64,000 nucleotides of DNA from Minisyncoccota bacterium (GCA_028695415.1 JAQVIY010000001.1:113067-177066), one strand, 5' to 3'. Positions 9,612 through 19,353 are shown, numbered from the stretch's first letter. The notes: generated by a model not told the origin, from the sequence alone. Numbers and translations are program-made.

Positions 9612-10829
9612 ATGCGTAAACTTGATGACATAATCCCGCCGTCCCGTCGGAAAGAAACGGAACAACCTCTTACCAGTTCAGCACGCGAACCCCTCCGTCT
9701 CACTCGCCGCTATCCGAAGTTCCCGTTTGCTATACCGGCCGCTATCGCGCTCGTCATCGTCGCCTCGGTAGGCGCACTATTCTATTTCTCTACTACCAGA
9801 GTCGAAGTAACTCCGAACACCGTCTCGGTTGCGGTTCAGAGCCCGTTTACTACAAACATGGGCTCGAGCACGCAGCCGTTCCAAGTCATCACCGCCCAGA
9901 AGGTCGCCTCGCAGAGCGTGAAGGGGAGTGGTACGAAGGCCGTGTCCACCTCATCTTCGGGCATCATCACTATCTATAATGCTCAAGCGAAGACGCAACG
10001 GCTCATCGCTAATACGCGTTTCGCCACGACTGCGGGACTCATCTTCCGTATTCACGAAGCGGTCAGTATCCCCGCTGGTTCAAAGGCTTCACCCGGCAGT
10101 GTCTCCGCTAAGGTCTATGCCGACAAAGCAGGTGATGCCTATAACGTAGGCCCGACGTCGTTCACCATCCCCGGATTCGCAGGAACGCCGCAGGCCTCAA
10201 TGGTATATGCGCGTTCAAGCTCGGCTATGACCGGCGGAGCTTCGGGAACGGTGCCGGTCGTAGACGCAGTCGCAGAATCACAGGCGCGCACGGCGCTCGT
10301 GACAGCCCTCGCGCCCGATCTCTTGAAGAGTATCGAGGCGCAGGTGCCTTCGGGGTTCATCCTCTTACCGGGAGCTGCGACCACTACGTATGAGGCGCTT
10401 CCCTCCACTTCGTCTCTAACGGCAGGTCAGGTTGACGTCAAAGAGCAGGGTAGTATCACCGCCGTTGTATTCCCGAACGCTTCGCTCGCCAAGGCGATAG
10501 CAAGTTCGGCAGGCGGGCTCGGCTACCAGGGAGAGCCTATTACCCTCACCTCGGCGAATACCCTCACGCTTTCGGCAACTGAGTTCCCGAGTGCCGACGC
10601 GACATCCTTCACCTTCACCCTCTCCGGCACGGCGTCGCTTATTTACACGGTAGATTCTACTCGTATTGCCGCGGCGGTGAGCGGTAAGACCAGGACTGCT
10701 GCCCAGGCCGCCCTCTCAAGCTATCCGGAGATCAAACGGGCGGTTCTTATCCTGCGTCCGTTCTGGCGTCAAACGTTCCCGCTGGACCCCTCCTCGATCT
10801 CGATTGTTGTCGAGGAACCTAATCGTTAG
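9612..10829 (+). CDS. Single-pass membrane protein with baseplate-J-like extracellular domain
   Basis: DIIPP N-terminus, TM helix, G.ITIYN...Q.LIANTRF, V.AD..G..YN, F.IPG, L.PFW. Confidence 0.6.
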   Translation: MRKLDDIIPPSRRKETEQPLTSSAREPLRLTRRYPKFPFAIPAAIALVIVASVGALFYFSTTRVEVTPNTVSVAVQSPFTTNMGSSTQPFQVITAQKVASQSVKGSGTKAVSTSSSGIITIYNAQAKTQRLIANTRFATTAGLIFRIHEAVSIPAGSKASPGSVSAKVYADKAGDAYNVGPTSFTIPGFAGTPQASMVYARSSSAMTGGASGTVPVVDAVAESQARTALVTALAPDLLKSIEAQVPSGFILLPGAATTTYEALPSTSSLTAGQVDVKEQGSITAVVFPNASLAKAIASSAGGLGYQGEPITLTSANTLTLSATEFPSADATSFTFTLSGTASLIYTVDSTRIAAAVSGKTRTAAQAALSSYPEIKRAVLILRPFWRQTFPLDPSSISIVVEEPNR

Positions 10830-10891
10830 TTGACGGTTTTTCGGATACCTGCTAGATTGTCTAGGTACCTTATGGTAGGCGAGAAAGCTAA

Positions 10892-11179
10892 ATGAGCGAA
10901 GGCAAAGAAACGACAACGGCGGTAGGTACCGTCGAAGAAGTATTGCCGAACTCTCTCTTTAGAGTCCGTCTGTCTGTGCCGGAAGAAGTATCCTCCGAGT
11001 CTCCAGAAGGAGAAGCGGCGGAGACGTCGGTGAAGGATACAGGTGAAGGAGAACTTGTGCTCGCCTACTTGGCAGGGAAGATGCGCTTGCATCGGATCCG
11101 CGTCCTCGTCGGCGACCAGGTGGATATGGTGCTTGATCCCTACGGGGGTCGCGCGCGAATAGTGCGACGATTAACCTAA
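10892..11179 (+). CDS. infA: Translation initiation factor IF-1 with acidic loop insertion
   Basis: [32 protein letters not shown]; about 20 extra residues. Confidence 0.93.
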   Translation: MSEGKETTTAVGTVEEVLPNSLFRVRLSVPEEVSSESPEGEAAETSVKDTGEGELVLAYLAGKMRLHRIRVLVGDQVDMVLDPYGGRARIVRRLT

Positions 11180-11200
11180 ATCTATAAAGCAACATTCAAG

Positions 11201-11317
11201 ATGAAAGTTCGTGCGTCTATCAAAGTCCAACAGCCAGGTGATCAGCTCGTCCGTCGCGGCGGGCGCCTTTACCGTATCAATAAGAAGAATCCTCGACGCA
11301 AGGCGCGCCAGGGTTAG
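11201..11317 (+). CDS. rpmJ: 50S ribosomal protein L36, Cys-free form
   Basis: Translated manually: [38 protein letters not shown]; lies between infA and rpsM. Confidence 0.93.
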   Translation: MKVRASIKVQQPGDQLVRRGGRLYRINKKNPRRKARQG

Positions 11318-11348
11318 AGTATTTTCATAATTATTAATTCTGAATCAT

Positions 11349-11729
11349 ATGCGTATCGCCGGCGTCACACTCCCAGATAACAAGCAGCTCTCATACTCGC
11401 TGCCGCTTATTTTTGGCATCGGTCCGGCACGTGCTCGCGATATCCTCAAGAAGGTCGGCGTTCCTGCAAACAAGAAGGGCAGCGAACTCACCACCGACGA
11501 AGAGCAGAAGATCCGCACGCTCGCCGAGAGCTACACCATCGAGGGCGAACTTCGCCGCGAAATAAGCCAGGACATCAAGCGTCTGAAGGATATCCGTTCA
11601 GAACGCGGCGATCGTCATGCAAAAGGCATGCCGGTACGCGGTCAGCGAACCAAGACCAACTCCCGCACGCGCCGCGGCAATGTGCGTAAGACTATGACCT
11701 CTGGTCGTCGTAAGCTTGAAAAAACATAA
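11349..11729 (+). CDS. rpsM: 30S ribosomal protein S13
   Basis: RIAGV, IFGIG, EGELRR, PVRGQRTKTN. Confidence 0.97.
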   Translation: MRIAGVTLPDNKQLSYSLPLIFGIGPARARDILKKVGVPANKKGSELTTDEEQKIRTLAESYTIEGELRREISQDIKRLKDIRSERGDRHAKGMPVRGQRTKTNSRTRRGNVRKTMTSGRRKLEKT

Positions 11730-11731
11730 TT

Positions 11732-12166
11732 ATGGGAAAGAAACGAATCATCAAAAAGAGCGGGAGGGGCATGGATCAGGGCCGCAAGGAGCGCGCCATG
11801 TCGAAGGCGACCAAGCGTCACCTCGAGAAGGGCGTGCTGCATATCGAAGCGACCTTCAACAACACCAAGGCTATCCTTACCGACGAGAAGGGCAATGCAG
11901 TCGTGTCATCGTCTGCTGGCGCGCTCGGTTTCTCCGGCGCGCGCAAGTCGACACCGTATGCGGCAGCGAAGGTGGGCGAGTTCCTCGGCGAGAAGGGCGT
12001 GTTGATTGGTCTCAAGGAGGCATCAGTCGTCATCCGCGGCGTTGGTGCCGGCCGCGAGTCGGTACTCCGCTCGTTTTCGGGCAAGGGTATTCAGGTCAAG
12101 TCAATCAAAGACGTGACGCCGGTACCGCACAACGGCCCGCGACCGCCTAAGCCTCGACGCATCTAA
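11732..12166 (+). CDS. rpsK: 30S ribosomal protein S11
   Basis: ATFNNT, KSTPYAA, DVTPVPHNG. Confidence 0.97.
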   Translation: MGKKRIIKKSGRGMDQGRKERAMSKATKRHLEKGVLHIEATFNNTKAILTDEKGNAVVSSSAGALGFSGARKSTPYAAAKVGEFLGEKGVLIGLKEASVVIRGVGAGRESVLRSFSGKGIQVKSIKDVTPVPHNGPRPPKPRRI

Positions 12167-12173
12167 ATTTCCT

Positions 12174-12785
12174 ATGAAAACTCCTCCACGATATAAAACA
12201 GCAAAGCGCCTCGGCGCGACCGTCTTCGAGAAAGCGCAGACCCAGAAGTTTGCTATTTCTGCTGAGCGTACGGCAAAGAACAAGAAGCGCGGGCGCGGGC
12301 GCCAGAGCGAGTATGGCAAACAAATGCTCGAGAAGCAGAAGGTGCGCATGACCTATGGCGTGACCGAGAAGCAGTTCCGCAACTATGTGAAGAAGGCGCT
12401 CGCCGCTCACTCGGCGAAGCCCTCTGATCGCCTGCACGAGCTCCTCGAGATGCGTCTCGACAATGTCGTATGGCGCCTCGGGCTCGCTTCGACTCGCCGC
12501 GGCGCGCGCCAGATGGTCGCACATGGTCACGTAATGGTCGGCGACAAGAAGGTTCGCGTGCCGTCGCATATGCTCTCGATCGGCGACGCGCTCTCAGTTC
12601 GCGAGGGTTCTAAGGAGCACGGCATGCTCGCCGGCTTCGCTGACAAGTTCCATGAGCGCCCGCTCCCGTCGTGGCTCTCGTGGGACCTTGCGAAGATGTC
12701 GGGTAAGGTCGTCGAACGGCCGACCGCTGCTTCGGCAGATCCGGCGGGCGACTTGGTCGCAGTGCTCTCGTTCTACACACGATAA
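12174..12785 (+). CDS. rpsD: 30S ribosomal protein S4
   Basis: SEYGKQMLEKQK, LEMRLDNVVWRLG, ARQMVAHGH. Confidence 0.97.
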   Translation: MKTPPRYKTAKRLGATVFEKAQTQKFAISAERTAKNKKRGRGRQSEYGKQMLEKQKVRMTYGVTEKQFRNYVKKALAAHSAKPSDRLHELLEMRLDNVVWRLGLASTRRGARQMVAHGHVMVGDKKVRVPSHMLSIGDALSVREGSKEHGMLAGFADKFHERPLPSWLSWDLAKMSGKVVERPTAASADPAGDLVAVLSFYTR

Positions 12786-12814
12786 TTTTTATTCACGGTA
12801 ATTACGATTGAGTT

Positions 12815-13753
12815 ATGGAATACCACATTACACTTCCGAGTAAGCCTCGCATCGTTTCTGAAGAGGGCGTCCAGGGCGTCTACGAGATAGATTCGCTCTA
12901 TCCGGGTTACGGCCACACCCTCGGCAACTCGCTCCGCCGCATTATCCTCTCCTCGCTCCCCGGCGCGTCTATTACGCAGGTCAAGATCGAGGGCGTACCG
13001 CATGAGTTCGCGACCGTTGATGGTATGCGCGAGACGGTGATGGAGCTCCTTTTGAACCTCAAGCGTGTCCACTTCGTCCTTCACGGCGATGAGCCTCAAA
13101 CTATCTCGCTTGTCGCAAAGAATACCGGCGAGGTCAAGGCATCAGACTTCAAGCTTCCGAGTCAGGTTGAAATAAAGAATCCTGAACAGCACATCTGCGA
13201 TCTCTCAGGTAAGGCGTCGCTCGAGCTCGAGGCGACTATTGAGCGCGGTTTGGGCTACGTTGCCCGCGAGGTACTCACGAAAGAGAAAGTAGACATCGGT
13301 GTCATCGCGCTTGATGCGACCTTCACGCCTATTCGCCGTGTGAACTACGAGGTAGAGAATATGCGCGTCGGTGACCGTACTGATTTCAATCGCCTGCGTA
13401 TCCTTATTGAGACCAACGGCACTATCGCTCCGCGCGAGGCGCTCGAGCAATCTATTGAGACCATGATTCATCAGCTCAAGGCGGTTATCGGCTTCCAGGA
13501 GTCGGCACCTATAGCGCCTGAAACCTCAACCGCGAAGTCGGAGGGTTCTGATGCCGCTAAGGTGAAAATCGCCGATCTCGAACTCTCGACGCGCATCACG
13601 ACCGCGCTTGAGGGAGCGGGCATAAAGAGCGCCGCAGGCCTCGCGCGGAAGACCGCAAGCGCTCTGAAGGAGCTGGACGGCATCGGTGACAAGGCGATCG
13701 AAGAGATTGCAACAGCGCTCGCCGGACACGGCCTCACCCTTAAGGCAGAATAA
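12815..13753 (+). CDS. rpoA: RNA polymerase alpha subunit
   Basis: GYGHTLGNSLRRIILSSLPG, RVGDRTDF. Confidence 0.97.
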   Translation: MEYHITLPSKPRIVSEEGVQGVYEIDSLYPGYGHTLGNSLRRIILSSLPGASITQVKIEGVPHEFATVDGMRETVMELLLNLKRVHFVLHGDEPQTISLVAKNTGEVKASDFKLPSQVEIKNPEQHICDLSGKASLELEATIERGLGYVAREVLTKEKVDIGVIALDATFTPIRRVNYEVENMRVGDRTDFNRLRILIETNGTIAPREALEQSIETMIHQLKAVIGFQESAPIAPETSTAKSEGSDAAKVKIADLELSTRITTALEGAGIKSAAGLARKTASALKELDGIGDKAIEEIATALAGHGLTLKAE

Positions 13754-13761
13754 ATATTCGT

Positions 13762-14115
13762 ATGGCGTATACCCCTAAAGCACGAACCTTCGCTCGACCG
13801 AGCAACCAGCGCGGTGCGCTTATGCGCTCGCTCGCTCGCTCGCTGGTTCTCGAAGAGCGCATCTCGACCACCGAAGCGAAGGCGAAGGCGCTCCGCCCGT
13901 TTATCGAGCGCCTCGTTACCTACGCCAAGACGAATACCCTCGCGTCTCGCCGCCTCGCTAAGGCGCGTCTCGGCGACGACGAAGCGGTGAAGAAACTCTT
14001 CGGCACGATCGGCCCGCGCTATGTCGACCGTAAGGGCGGCTACACTCGCGTCGTGAAGCGAACGCTTCGCGGCACCAATGATGCTCGTAAGCTTGCGTAT
14101 ATCGCTTTCGTATAA
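13762..14115 (+). CDS. rplQ: 50S ribosomal protein L17
   Basis: ERISTTEAKAK, RKGGYTRVVK. Confidence 0.96.
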   Translation: MAYTPKARTFARPSNQRGALMRSLARSLVLEERISTTEAKAKALRPFIERLVTYAKTNTLASRRLAKARLGDDEAVKKLFGTIGPRYVDRKGGYTRVVKRTLRGTNDARKLAYIAFV

Positions 14116-14119
14116 CAGT

Positions 14120-14494
14120 ATGAGCACTCCTATGAAAAAGCCAGAGAAAGTCATCTACACTATCGACGCGACCGATCGCACGCTCGGGCGTGTGTGCAGC
14201 GAGGCCGCCTCAGCGCTTCTCGGTAAGAAGTCGGTGCACTTCGCTAAGCATATCGCGCTCCCGATGGAGGTTATCGTCGAGAATGCGAGCAAACTCCACC
14301 TGCCGGCACGGCGCACTGCCGGTACGATCTACACCCGCTACACCGGCTACCCGGGCGGTCTCCGCGAGATGACCATGGCAGAGATGATTGCCAAGAAGGG
14401 AATCGCCGAGGTAATCAAGAAGACCGTGGACGGTATGATCCCGCGCAACAAGCTTCGCAAGCCGCGGATGATGAAGCTTATCGTCAAAGACTAA
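14120..14494 (+). CDS. rplM: 50S ribosomal protein L13
   Basis: IDA..RTLGR, YTGYPGGL, GMIPRNKL. Confidence 0.93.
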   Translation: MSTPMKKPEKVIYTIDATDRTLGRVCSEAASALLGKKSVHFAKHIALPMEVIVENASKLHLPARRTAGTIYTRYTGYPGGLREMTMAEMIAKKGIAEVIKKTVDGMIPRNKLRKPRMMKLIVKD

Positions 14495-14503
14495 TTATTT
14501 ATT

Positions 14504-14902
14504 ATGGCATCAAAGAAATTCATCACTGCAGTCGGGCGCCGTAAGACCGCCGTCGCGAGCGTACGGATGGTGAAGGCTGCGAAATCGAGCCTCACGGTCA
14601 ACGGTATGGCTCCGAAGGAGTACTTCAAGACCGATCTCCGCGCACTCGTCGCGACCGAGGCGCTTGCGAAGGCAGAGAGCGCCGAGAACTACGAAGTGCA
14701 TGCACACGTCGAGGGCGGCGGTATCGCGGCACAAGCAGACGCGGTGCGCCACGCTATCTCGCGTGCACTCACCAAAGCAGAGCCGAAGACCCGAAAGGTA
14801 CTCAAAGCGGCGACCTTCCTCAAGCGCGACCCGCGCGCCAAGGAACGCAAGAAGCCGGGCTTGAAGAAAGCTCGCAAGGCCCCCCAGTGGTCGAAGCGCT
14901 AG
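14504..14902 (+). CDS. rpsI: 30S ribosomal protein S9
   Basis: GRRKTAVA, GGGIAAQ, KARKAPQWSKR. Confidence 0.97.
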   Translation: MASKKFITAVGRRKTAVASVRMVKAAKSSLTVNGMAPKEYFKTDLRALVATEALAKAESAENYEVHAHVEGGGIAAQADAVRHAISRALTKAEPKTRKVLKAATFLKRDPRAKERKKPGLKKARKAPQWSKR

Positions 14903-14904
14903 TC

Positions 14905-14930
14905 AAAAGCCCCGCGATGCGGGGCTTTTT
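14905..14930 (+). terminator. Intrinsic terminator
   Basis: AAAAGCCCCGC-GAT-GCGGGGCTTTTT. Confidence 0.85.
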
Positions 14931-14948
14931 GTTTGATAGAATCCAGTT

Positions 14949-15521
14949 ATGAACATCTACAGTGAAATCATCGCGGCGAGCTGGGGCGTCTTTCTTCTTG
15001 TGTGGTTCGTGGGCGCACACGGAGTGAAGCATACCGCGACTGACACATATACCTGGCGACGCGTTGCAATTCGGATTGCGGGATTACTTCTAATCGTCCT
15101 CCTTTTTAGTCTGCCTGTGATTAATAGCTACTTCCGCTTGAATATCATGGTGCGACAGATAAGTCCGCTTTCGGGCAACATCGGGGTCGCGCTCTCTATC
15201 ATCGGAGTCGGCATCGCCATCTGGGCACGTATTTATCTTGGTCGTAATTGGGGCGCACCACGGTCGCTACATGAGGGGCACGAGCTCGTCACTTCCGGCC
15301 CATATCGGTATGTCCGTCATCCCATCTATACGGGCGTCCTGCTCGCCCTTCTCGGCGCAGCAGTCGTGCAGGGACCCGTCTGGTTCATCCCGTTTGCTTA
15401 TTTTGTCTTCTATTTCATCCGTAGTATACGAATCGAAGAAGGGCATATGCTGGAGCGCTTTCCGAGCGAATATCCCGTCTATAGAGCGCGCACCAAGCGT
15501 CTCGTCCCATTCATTTATTAG
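14949..15521 (+). CDS. Isoprenylcysteine carboxyl methyltransferase (ICMT/Ste14) family membrane protein
   Basis: WARIYLGRNW, HELVTSGPYRYVRHPIY, RIEE, Y..YR..TKRLVP. Confidence 0.88.
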   Translation: MNIYSEIIAASWGVFLLVWFVGAHGVKHTATDTYTWRRVAIRIAGLLLIVLLFSLPVINSYFRLNIMVRQISPLSGNIGVALSIIGVGIAIWARIYLGRNWGAPRSLHEGHELVTSGPYRYVRHPIYTGVLLALLGAAVVQGPVWFIPFAYFVFYFIRSIRIEEGHMLERFPSEYPVYRARTKRLVPFIY

Positions 15522-15669
15522 GCTATGCTAAACCTATCCACAATTTCGTCCTATAGGACTATCCCTTGGATAGCGTCTCGGTTCAAAACGCGTACACACG
15601 CGTTTGCAGCGAGACGAAATATTCCCCCTCGCCTTGTTTTTCTACACAAGTGCTATAATCTTAATAAAA

Positions 15670-16179
15670 ATGAATGGACACTCCCTCGGTCACGATGACA
15701 TAAATCATGCTGAGATAGCCGAAAAGGCTGATGCTATCCTTGATAAATTTGGCATTACTGAGCCGGTGGTAGATGCTGTGCGAATCGCGAATGGTCTAGG
15801 TTTTAAAGTAAAAGAGATAACGATGCCTCCGAGATATTTTGATGTGGCGGGTTTCTACAACAACAAAGACAAGACTATTTATGTTCAGGCATCAGATAAG
15901 CCCTGGAGGAAATTGTTTACCGTCGCTCACGAAATTGGACACAATGTTTTGGGACACAAAAATTACGAGGTTCTTTTCCGTGTCCAAAATAAAGATCAAA
16001 GATATTCCGAGGTGGAGAGGGAAGCTAATAGTTTTGCTGCTAGTTTGTTGATGCCAAATTGGATGCTCAACAGATATTTGGACGCATATGGTCTAACGAA
16101 AAAAGATTATCGCGAAATGGCAAAAATATTCGGGGTTTCCGAGAAAGCGATGGAGCCCATTCTCCTTTACTTGAAGTAG
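15670..16179 (+). CDS. ImmA/IrrE family metallopeptidase
   Basis: FTVAHEIGH (HExxH), EREANSFAASLLMP, C-terminal HTH-like MAKIFGVS; AT-rich. Confidence 0.88.
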   Translation: MNGHSLGHDDINHAEIAEKADAILDKFGITEPVVDAVRIANGLGFKVKEITMPPRYFDVAGFYNNKDKTIYVQASDKPWRKLFTVAHEIGHNVLGHKNYEVLFRVQNKDQRYSEVEREANSFAASLLMPNWMLNRYLDAYGLTKKDYREMAKIFGVSEKAMEPILLYLK

Positions 16180-16180
16180 C

Positions 16181-16567
16181 ATGCCGCCGAAAGACCTAAC
16201 TCATACTACGCCAGTGCAAGCTGTTGGAGAAGCGGAAGTTGAGAAAATTCTCTCTGAATCAGAGAGTGCCCCAGAGCAGGAAGATTCGTTCGTCTCATCC
16301 TTGTCTCAAACTAGCCGTAAAGCCCTAGCGGCCTTTGCTTATAAGGACGTTATAGAAATGCGTCGGCAATGGTCCAATGTCCTACTGTTTCTCATCGGGG
16401 CTATCGTTCTTTATGATCTGTGGTTCTCTACAGCCCTTGGTAGTGGTTGGATTGTATTTCCAAACGAAAAACTTATCGCTTATTTCATACTGGAAAATCT
16501 CGCGAAGATTGCTGGACTAGCTTACATTGTTGTTAATTTCCTTTTCGACAAGACAAAGAATTATTAG
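16181..16567 (+). CDS. Hypothetical 2-TM membrane protein
   Basis: Starts 1 nt after the IrrE stop; acidic N-terminal tail plus two hydrophobic segments. Confidence 0.7.
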   Translation: MPPKDLTHTTPVQAVGEAEVEKILSESESAPEQEDSFVSSLSQTSRKALAAFAYKDVIEMRRQWSNVLLFLIGAIVLYDLWFSTALGSGWIVFPNEKLIAYFILENLAKIAGLAYIVVNFLFDKTKNY

Positions 16568-16611
16568 GGACATTTTGACTCTCTCGCTCGATTCGGGCAT
16601 AGTAGGGAGAT

Positions 16612-17184
16612 ATGGCTGAATGGAAAGGAGATGATATAGATGCAGAAAGCGTTGTTGAGCTCGAAGCCGAAGACGTAGATCCCGAGTCCGTCGAGGAACA
16701 AGAAGAGGGTGGAGATGACGCTGTTGCTAAGATCAAGAAGCTCCAGGGCGAGCTCGCGGCGTGCCGCAAGGATAAGCAGGAATACATGGACGGCTGGCAG
16801 AGAGCCAAGGCCGATTATGTGAACGCACTCAAGCGGTTTGAAACCGAAACCAAAGCGGCAGAGTTTAGAGGTAAAGTGAAGGCTGTTGAGACGCTTCTCC
16901 CTGCCTTCGACGCCCTCGAGCGAGCCAAAGAGCATGGCGAGGTGCCTGAAGGATTCTTAGCGATAGCGAGGCAGATAGAGAGCGCGTTCGCAGCGCTCGG
17001 ACTCGAGGAGACCGGCAAGGAGGGAGAGAAGTTCAACCCCGCCTATCACGAAGCGCTCGGGCAGGACGTCGTTGAATCATCTGATAAAGATGATATAATT
17101 ACGGCAATCCTCGAGAAGGGTTGGCGCGTGGGCGAGAGCGTTGTCCGACCGGCGAAAGTACGCGTAGGACACTTCGGCGCGTAG
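16612..17184 (+). CDS. grpE: Nucleotide exchange factor GrpE
   Basis: QRAKADYVN, LLPAFDALERA, FNPAYHEA, RPAKVRV. Confidence 0.95.
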   Translation: MAEWKGDDIDAESVVELEAEDVDPESVEEQEEGGDDAVAKIKKLQGELAACRKDKQEYMDGWQRAKADYVNALKRFETETKAAEFRGKVKAVETLLPAFDALERAKEHGEVPEGFLAIARQIESAFAALGLEETGKEGEKFNPAYHEALGQDVVESSDKDDIITAILEKGWRVGESVVRPAKVRVGHFGA

Positions 17185-17245
17185 TTGCGTTTATAGTAGG
17201 GTTTTTTGTAGAATCGTTATTGGCGTAATAATTATATTTTTGAGT

Positions 17246-19126
17246 ATGGCAAAAATCCTTGGTATTGATCTGGGAACCACCTATTCCGCGATGGCGATTG
17301 TCGAGGGCGGCGAGCCGCGCGTACTTGAGAATGCAGAGGGGTCGCGCACGACCCCCTCTATCGTCGCAGTAGGGAAGAACGGCGAGCGCATCGTCGGCAC
17401 GCTCGCGAAGCGCCAGTCGGTGACCAACCCGCTCAACACCATCTTCCAGGTGAAGCGCTTTATCGGACACTCGTTTGATGAGCCGGAAGTGCAGAAAGAC
17501 AAGGCGGCAGTACCCTTCGAGATGCAGAAGGGGGCGAACGGCGGCATCGAGATCAAGATGAACGATAAGTGGTATCGCCCCGAGGAACTCTCGGCGATGA
17601 TACTCGGCAAGATGAAGAGCGACGCCGAGGCGAAGACAGGCGAGAAGATAACCGAAGCGGTCATCACCGTCCCCGCTTATTTCAACGATGACCAGCGGAG
17701 CGCGACCAAGGCGGCGGGAGAAATTGCCGGCCTTACGGTAAAGCGCATTATCAACGAGCCGACCGCAGCAGCGCTCGCCTACGGATTCAATAAAAAGAAA
17801 GATGAGAAGATCGCCGTGTTCGATTTCGGCGGCGGGACCTTCGATATCTCGGTCCTCGAAGTGGGCGGCGATGTTATCGAGGTGAAGTCGACCGACGGCG
17901 ATGCCCACCTGGGCGGCAAGGATATCGACCAGAAGATCATCACCTGGCTCGCCGAAGAATTCAAGAAGGAGAGCGGTATCGATGTGCTTACCGATGCGCT
18001 CGCGCGCCAGCGCCTCGACGAGGCTGCAGAGAAGGCGAAAATCGAGCTCTCGAGCGCGATGGAGACCGAGATCAATATCCCGTTCCTGACCTCAGACGCT
18101 TCCGGCCCGCGCCACCTGCTTATTAAGATGACTCGCGCGAAGCTTGAAGACCTCGCGGGAGAGTTTATCGCCCGCGCGATAGACATCACCAAGCGCGCGA
18201 TGGACGCATCGCCCTTCAAGGTGGCGGATATCAACGAGGTGATACTCGTGGGCGGCCAGACCCGTATGCCCGCGATACAGGCTGCGGTCGAGAAGTTCTT
18301 CGCTAAGAAGCCGAACATGTCGGTGAACCCGGACGAGGTGGTTGCTATCGGCGCCGCTATTCAGGCCGGCATTCTCCAGGGCGACGTGAAGGATATCCTT
18401 CTCGTGGATGTTATCCCGCTTTCGCTCGCTATCGAGACGATGGGCGGCGTTGCGACCAAACTCGTCGAACGCAACACCGCGATACCGACCAGCCGTTCGC
18501 AGACCTTCTCTACCGCCACAGATAATCAGGCATCTGTGGAGATTCATATCACGCAGGGCGAACGCGCAATGAGCGCCGACAACAAGTCGCTCGGTAAGTT
18601 TATGCTCGACGGTATTCCGCCGGCGCCGCGAGGGCTTCCGCAGGTTGAGGTGTCGTTCGACATTGATGCGTCCGGTATTCTCACCGTCACCGCGAAGGAG
18701 AAGACGACCGGCAAAGAGCAGTCGATAAAGATTACCGGCTCCACCGGACTCTCGAAAGAAGATATTGAGAAGATGAAGGCCGATGCCGAGGCGCACAGCG
18801 CCGATGACGAGAAGCGTCGCGAGCTCATCGAAGTACGCAATGCCGCCGATCAGGCTGTCTATGCCGCGGAGAAGTCAATAAAGGATTACGGCGAGAAAGC
18901 GGGCACGGAGGTGGTGAAGGATGTGCAGGATAAGATAGAGGCACTCAAGACCGCGCGAAACAGCGAAGATGCCGGCACGGTGAAGTCAGCCACCGATACG
19001 CTTTCGCAGGCGCTCTCGAAGATCGGTGAGGCGATGATGTCCTCCTCTGCCAAGGCTACGGAGGATAAAAAAGAACCACCGGAAGCATCCGAGCCGACCG
19101 ATGCCGAATTCAAAGAGAAAGAATAA
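17246..19126 (+). CDS. dnaK: Chaperone DnaK
   Basis: [29 protein letters not shown]. Confidence 0.98.
   Translation: MAKILGIDLGTTYSAMAIVEGGEPRVLENAEGSRTTPSIVAVGKNGERIVGTLAKRQSVTNPLNTIFQVKRFIGHSFDEPEVQKDKAAVPFEMQKGANGGIEIKMNDKWYRPEELSAMILGKMKSDAEAKTGEKITEAVITVPAYFNDDQRSATKAAGEIAGLTVKRIINEPTAAALAYGFNKKKDEKIAVFDFGGGTFDISVLEVGGDVIEVKSTDGDAHLGGKDIDQKIITWLAEEFKKESGIDVLTDALARQRLDEAAEKAKIELSSAMETEINIPFLTSDASGPRHLLIKMTRAKLEDLAGEFIARAIDITKRAMDASPFKVADINEVILVGGQTRMPAIQAAVEKFFAKKPNMSVNPDEVVAIGAAIQAGILQGDVKDILLVDVIPLSLAIETMGGVATKLVERNTAIPTSRSQTFSTATDNQASVEIHITQGERAMSADNKSLGKFMLDGIPPAPRGLPQVEVSFDIDASGILTVTAKEKTTGKEQSIKITGSTGLSKEDIEKMKADAEAHSADDEKRRELIEVRNAADQAVYAAEKSIKDYGEKAGTEVVKDVQDKIEALKTARNSEDAGTVKSATDTLSQALSKIGEAMMSSSAKATEDKKEPPEASEPTDAEFKEKE
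19040..19066 (+). repeat. Short palindromic element in the DnaK tail (SSSAKATED)
   Basis: TCCTCC-TCTGCCAAGGCTAC-GGAGGA; core GCCAAGGCTWCG recurs at 39374. Confidence 0.55.
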
Positions 19127-19148
19127 ACGGCCTATCTGCTCACTCCCC

Positions 19149-19172
19149 AAGCCCCGCCTCTGTGCGGGGCTT
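19149..19172 (+). terminator. Hairpin after dnaK
   Basis: AAGCCCCGC-CTCTGT-GCGGGGCTT. Confidence 0.6.
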
Positions 19173-19198
19173 GACATATATAATGAAGTGTGTATACT
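19171..19198 (+). promoter_or_regulatory. Sigma70 promoter
   Basis: TTGACA-N16-TATACT. Confidence 0.65.
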
Positions 19199-19245
19199 AT
19201 ACATAACGCTGGATTGTCCAGCTTGAACCTTCAGAGGAGATCTTC

Positions 19246-19353
19246 ATGAAAACCAGCGATATCGAATCCCACCCGCTGTATATATTCACGTGGGGAATCA
19301 TCGCCGGCCTCATTCTGGTGATTGTCTCAATGGATTGGCCTATACTGAATTGA
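19246..19353 (+). CDS. Small single-TM peptide (35 aa)
   Basis: MKTSDIESHPLYIFTWGIIAGLILVIVSMDWPILN; GAGGAG SD, own promoter, downstream hairpin. Confidence 0.55.
   Translation: MKTSDIESHPLYIFTWGIIAGLILVIVSMDWPILN

Noticed and set aside
9612-10829. Baseplate-like protein as a prophage remnant
   Set aside because: No other phage genes; it has a TM anchor and sits among core genes.
15533-15543. DnaA-box-like CTATCCACA (also on the minus strand near 63163) as an origin
   Set aside because: Single mismatched boxes, not clustered, and no dnaA nearby.
16568-16611. CIRCE operator upstream of grpE-dnaK
   Set aside because: No TTAGCACTC-N9-GAGTGCTAA match, and no hrcA in the window.
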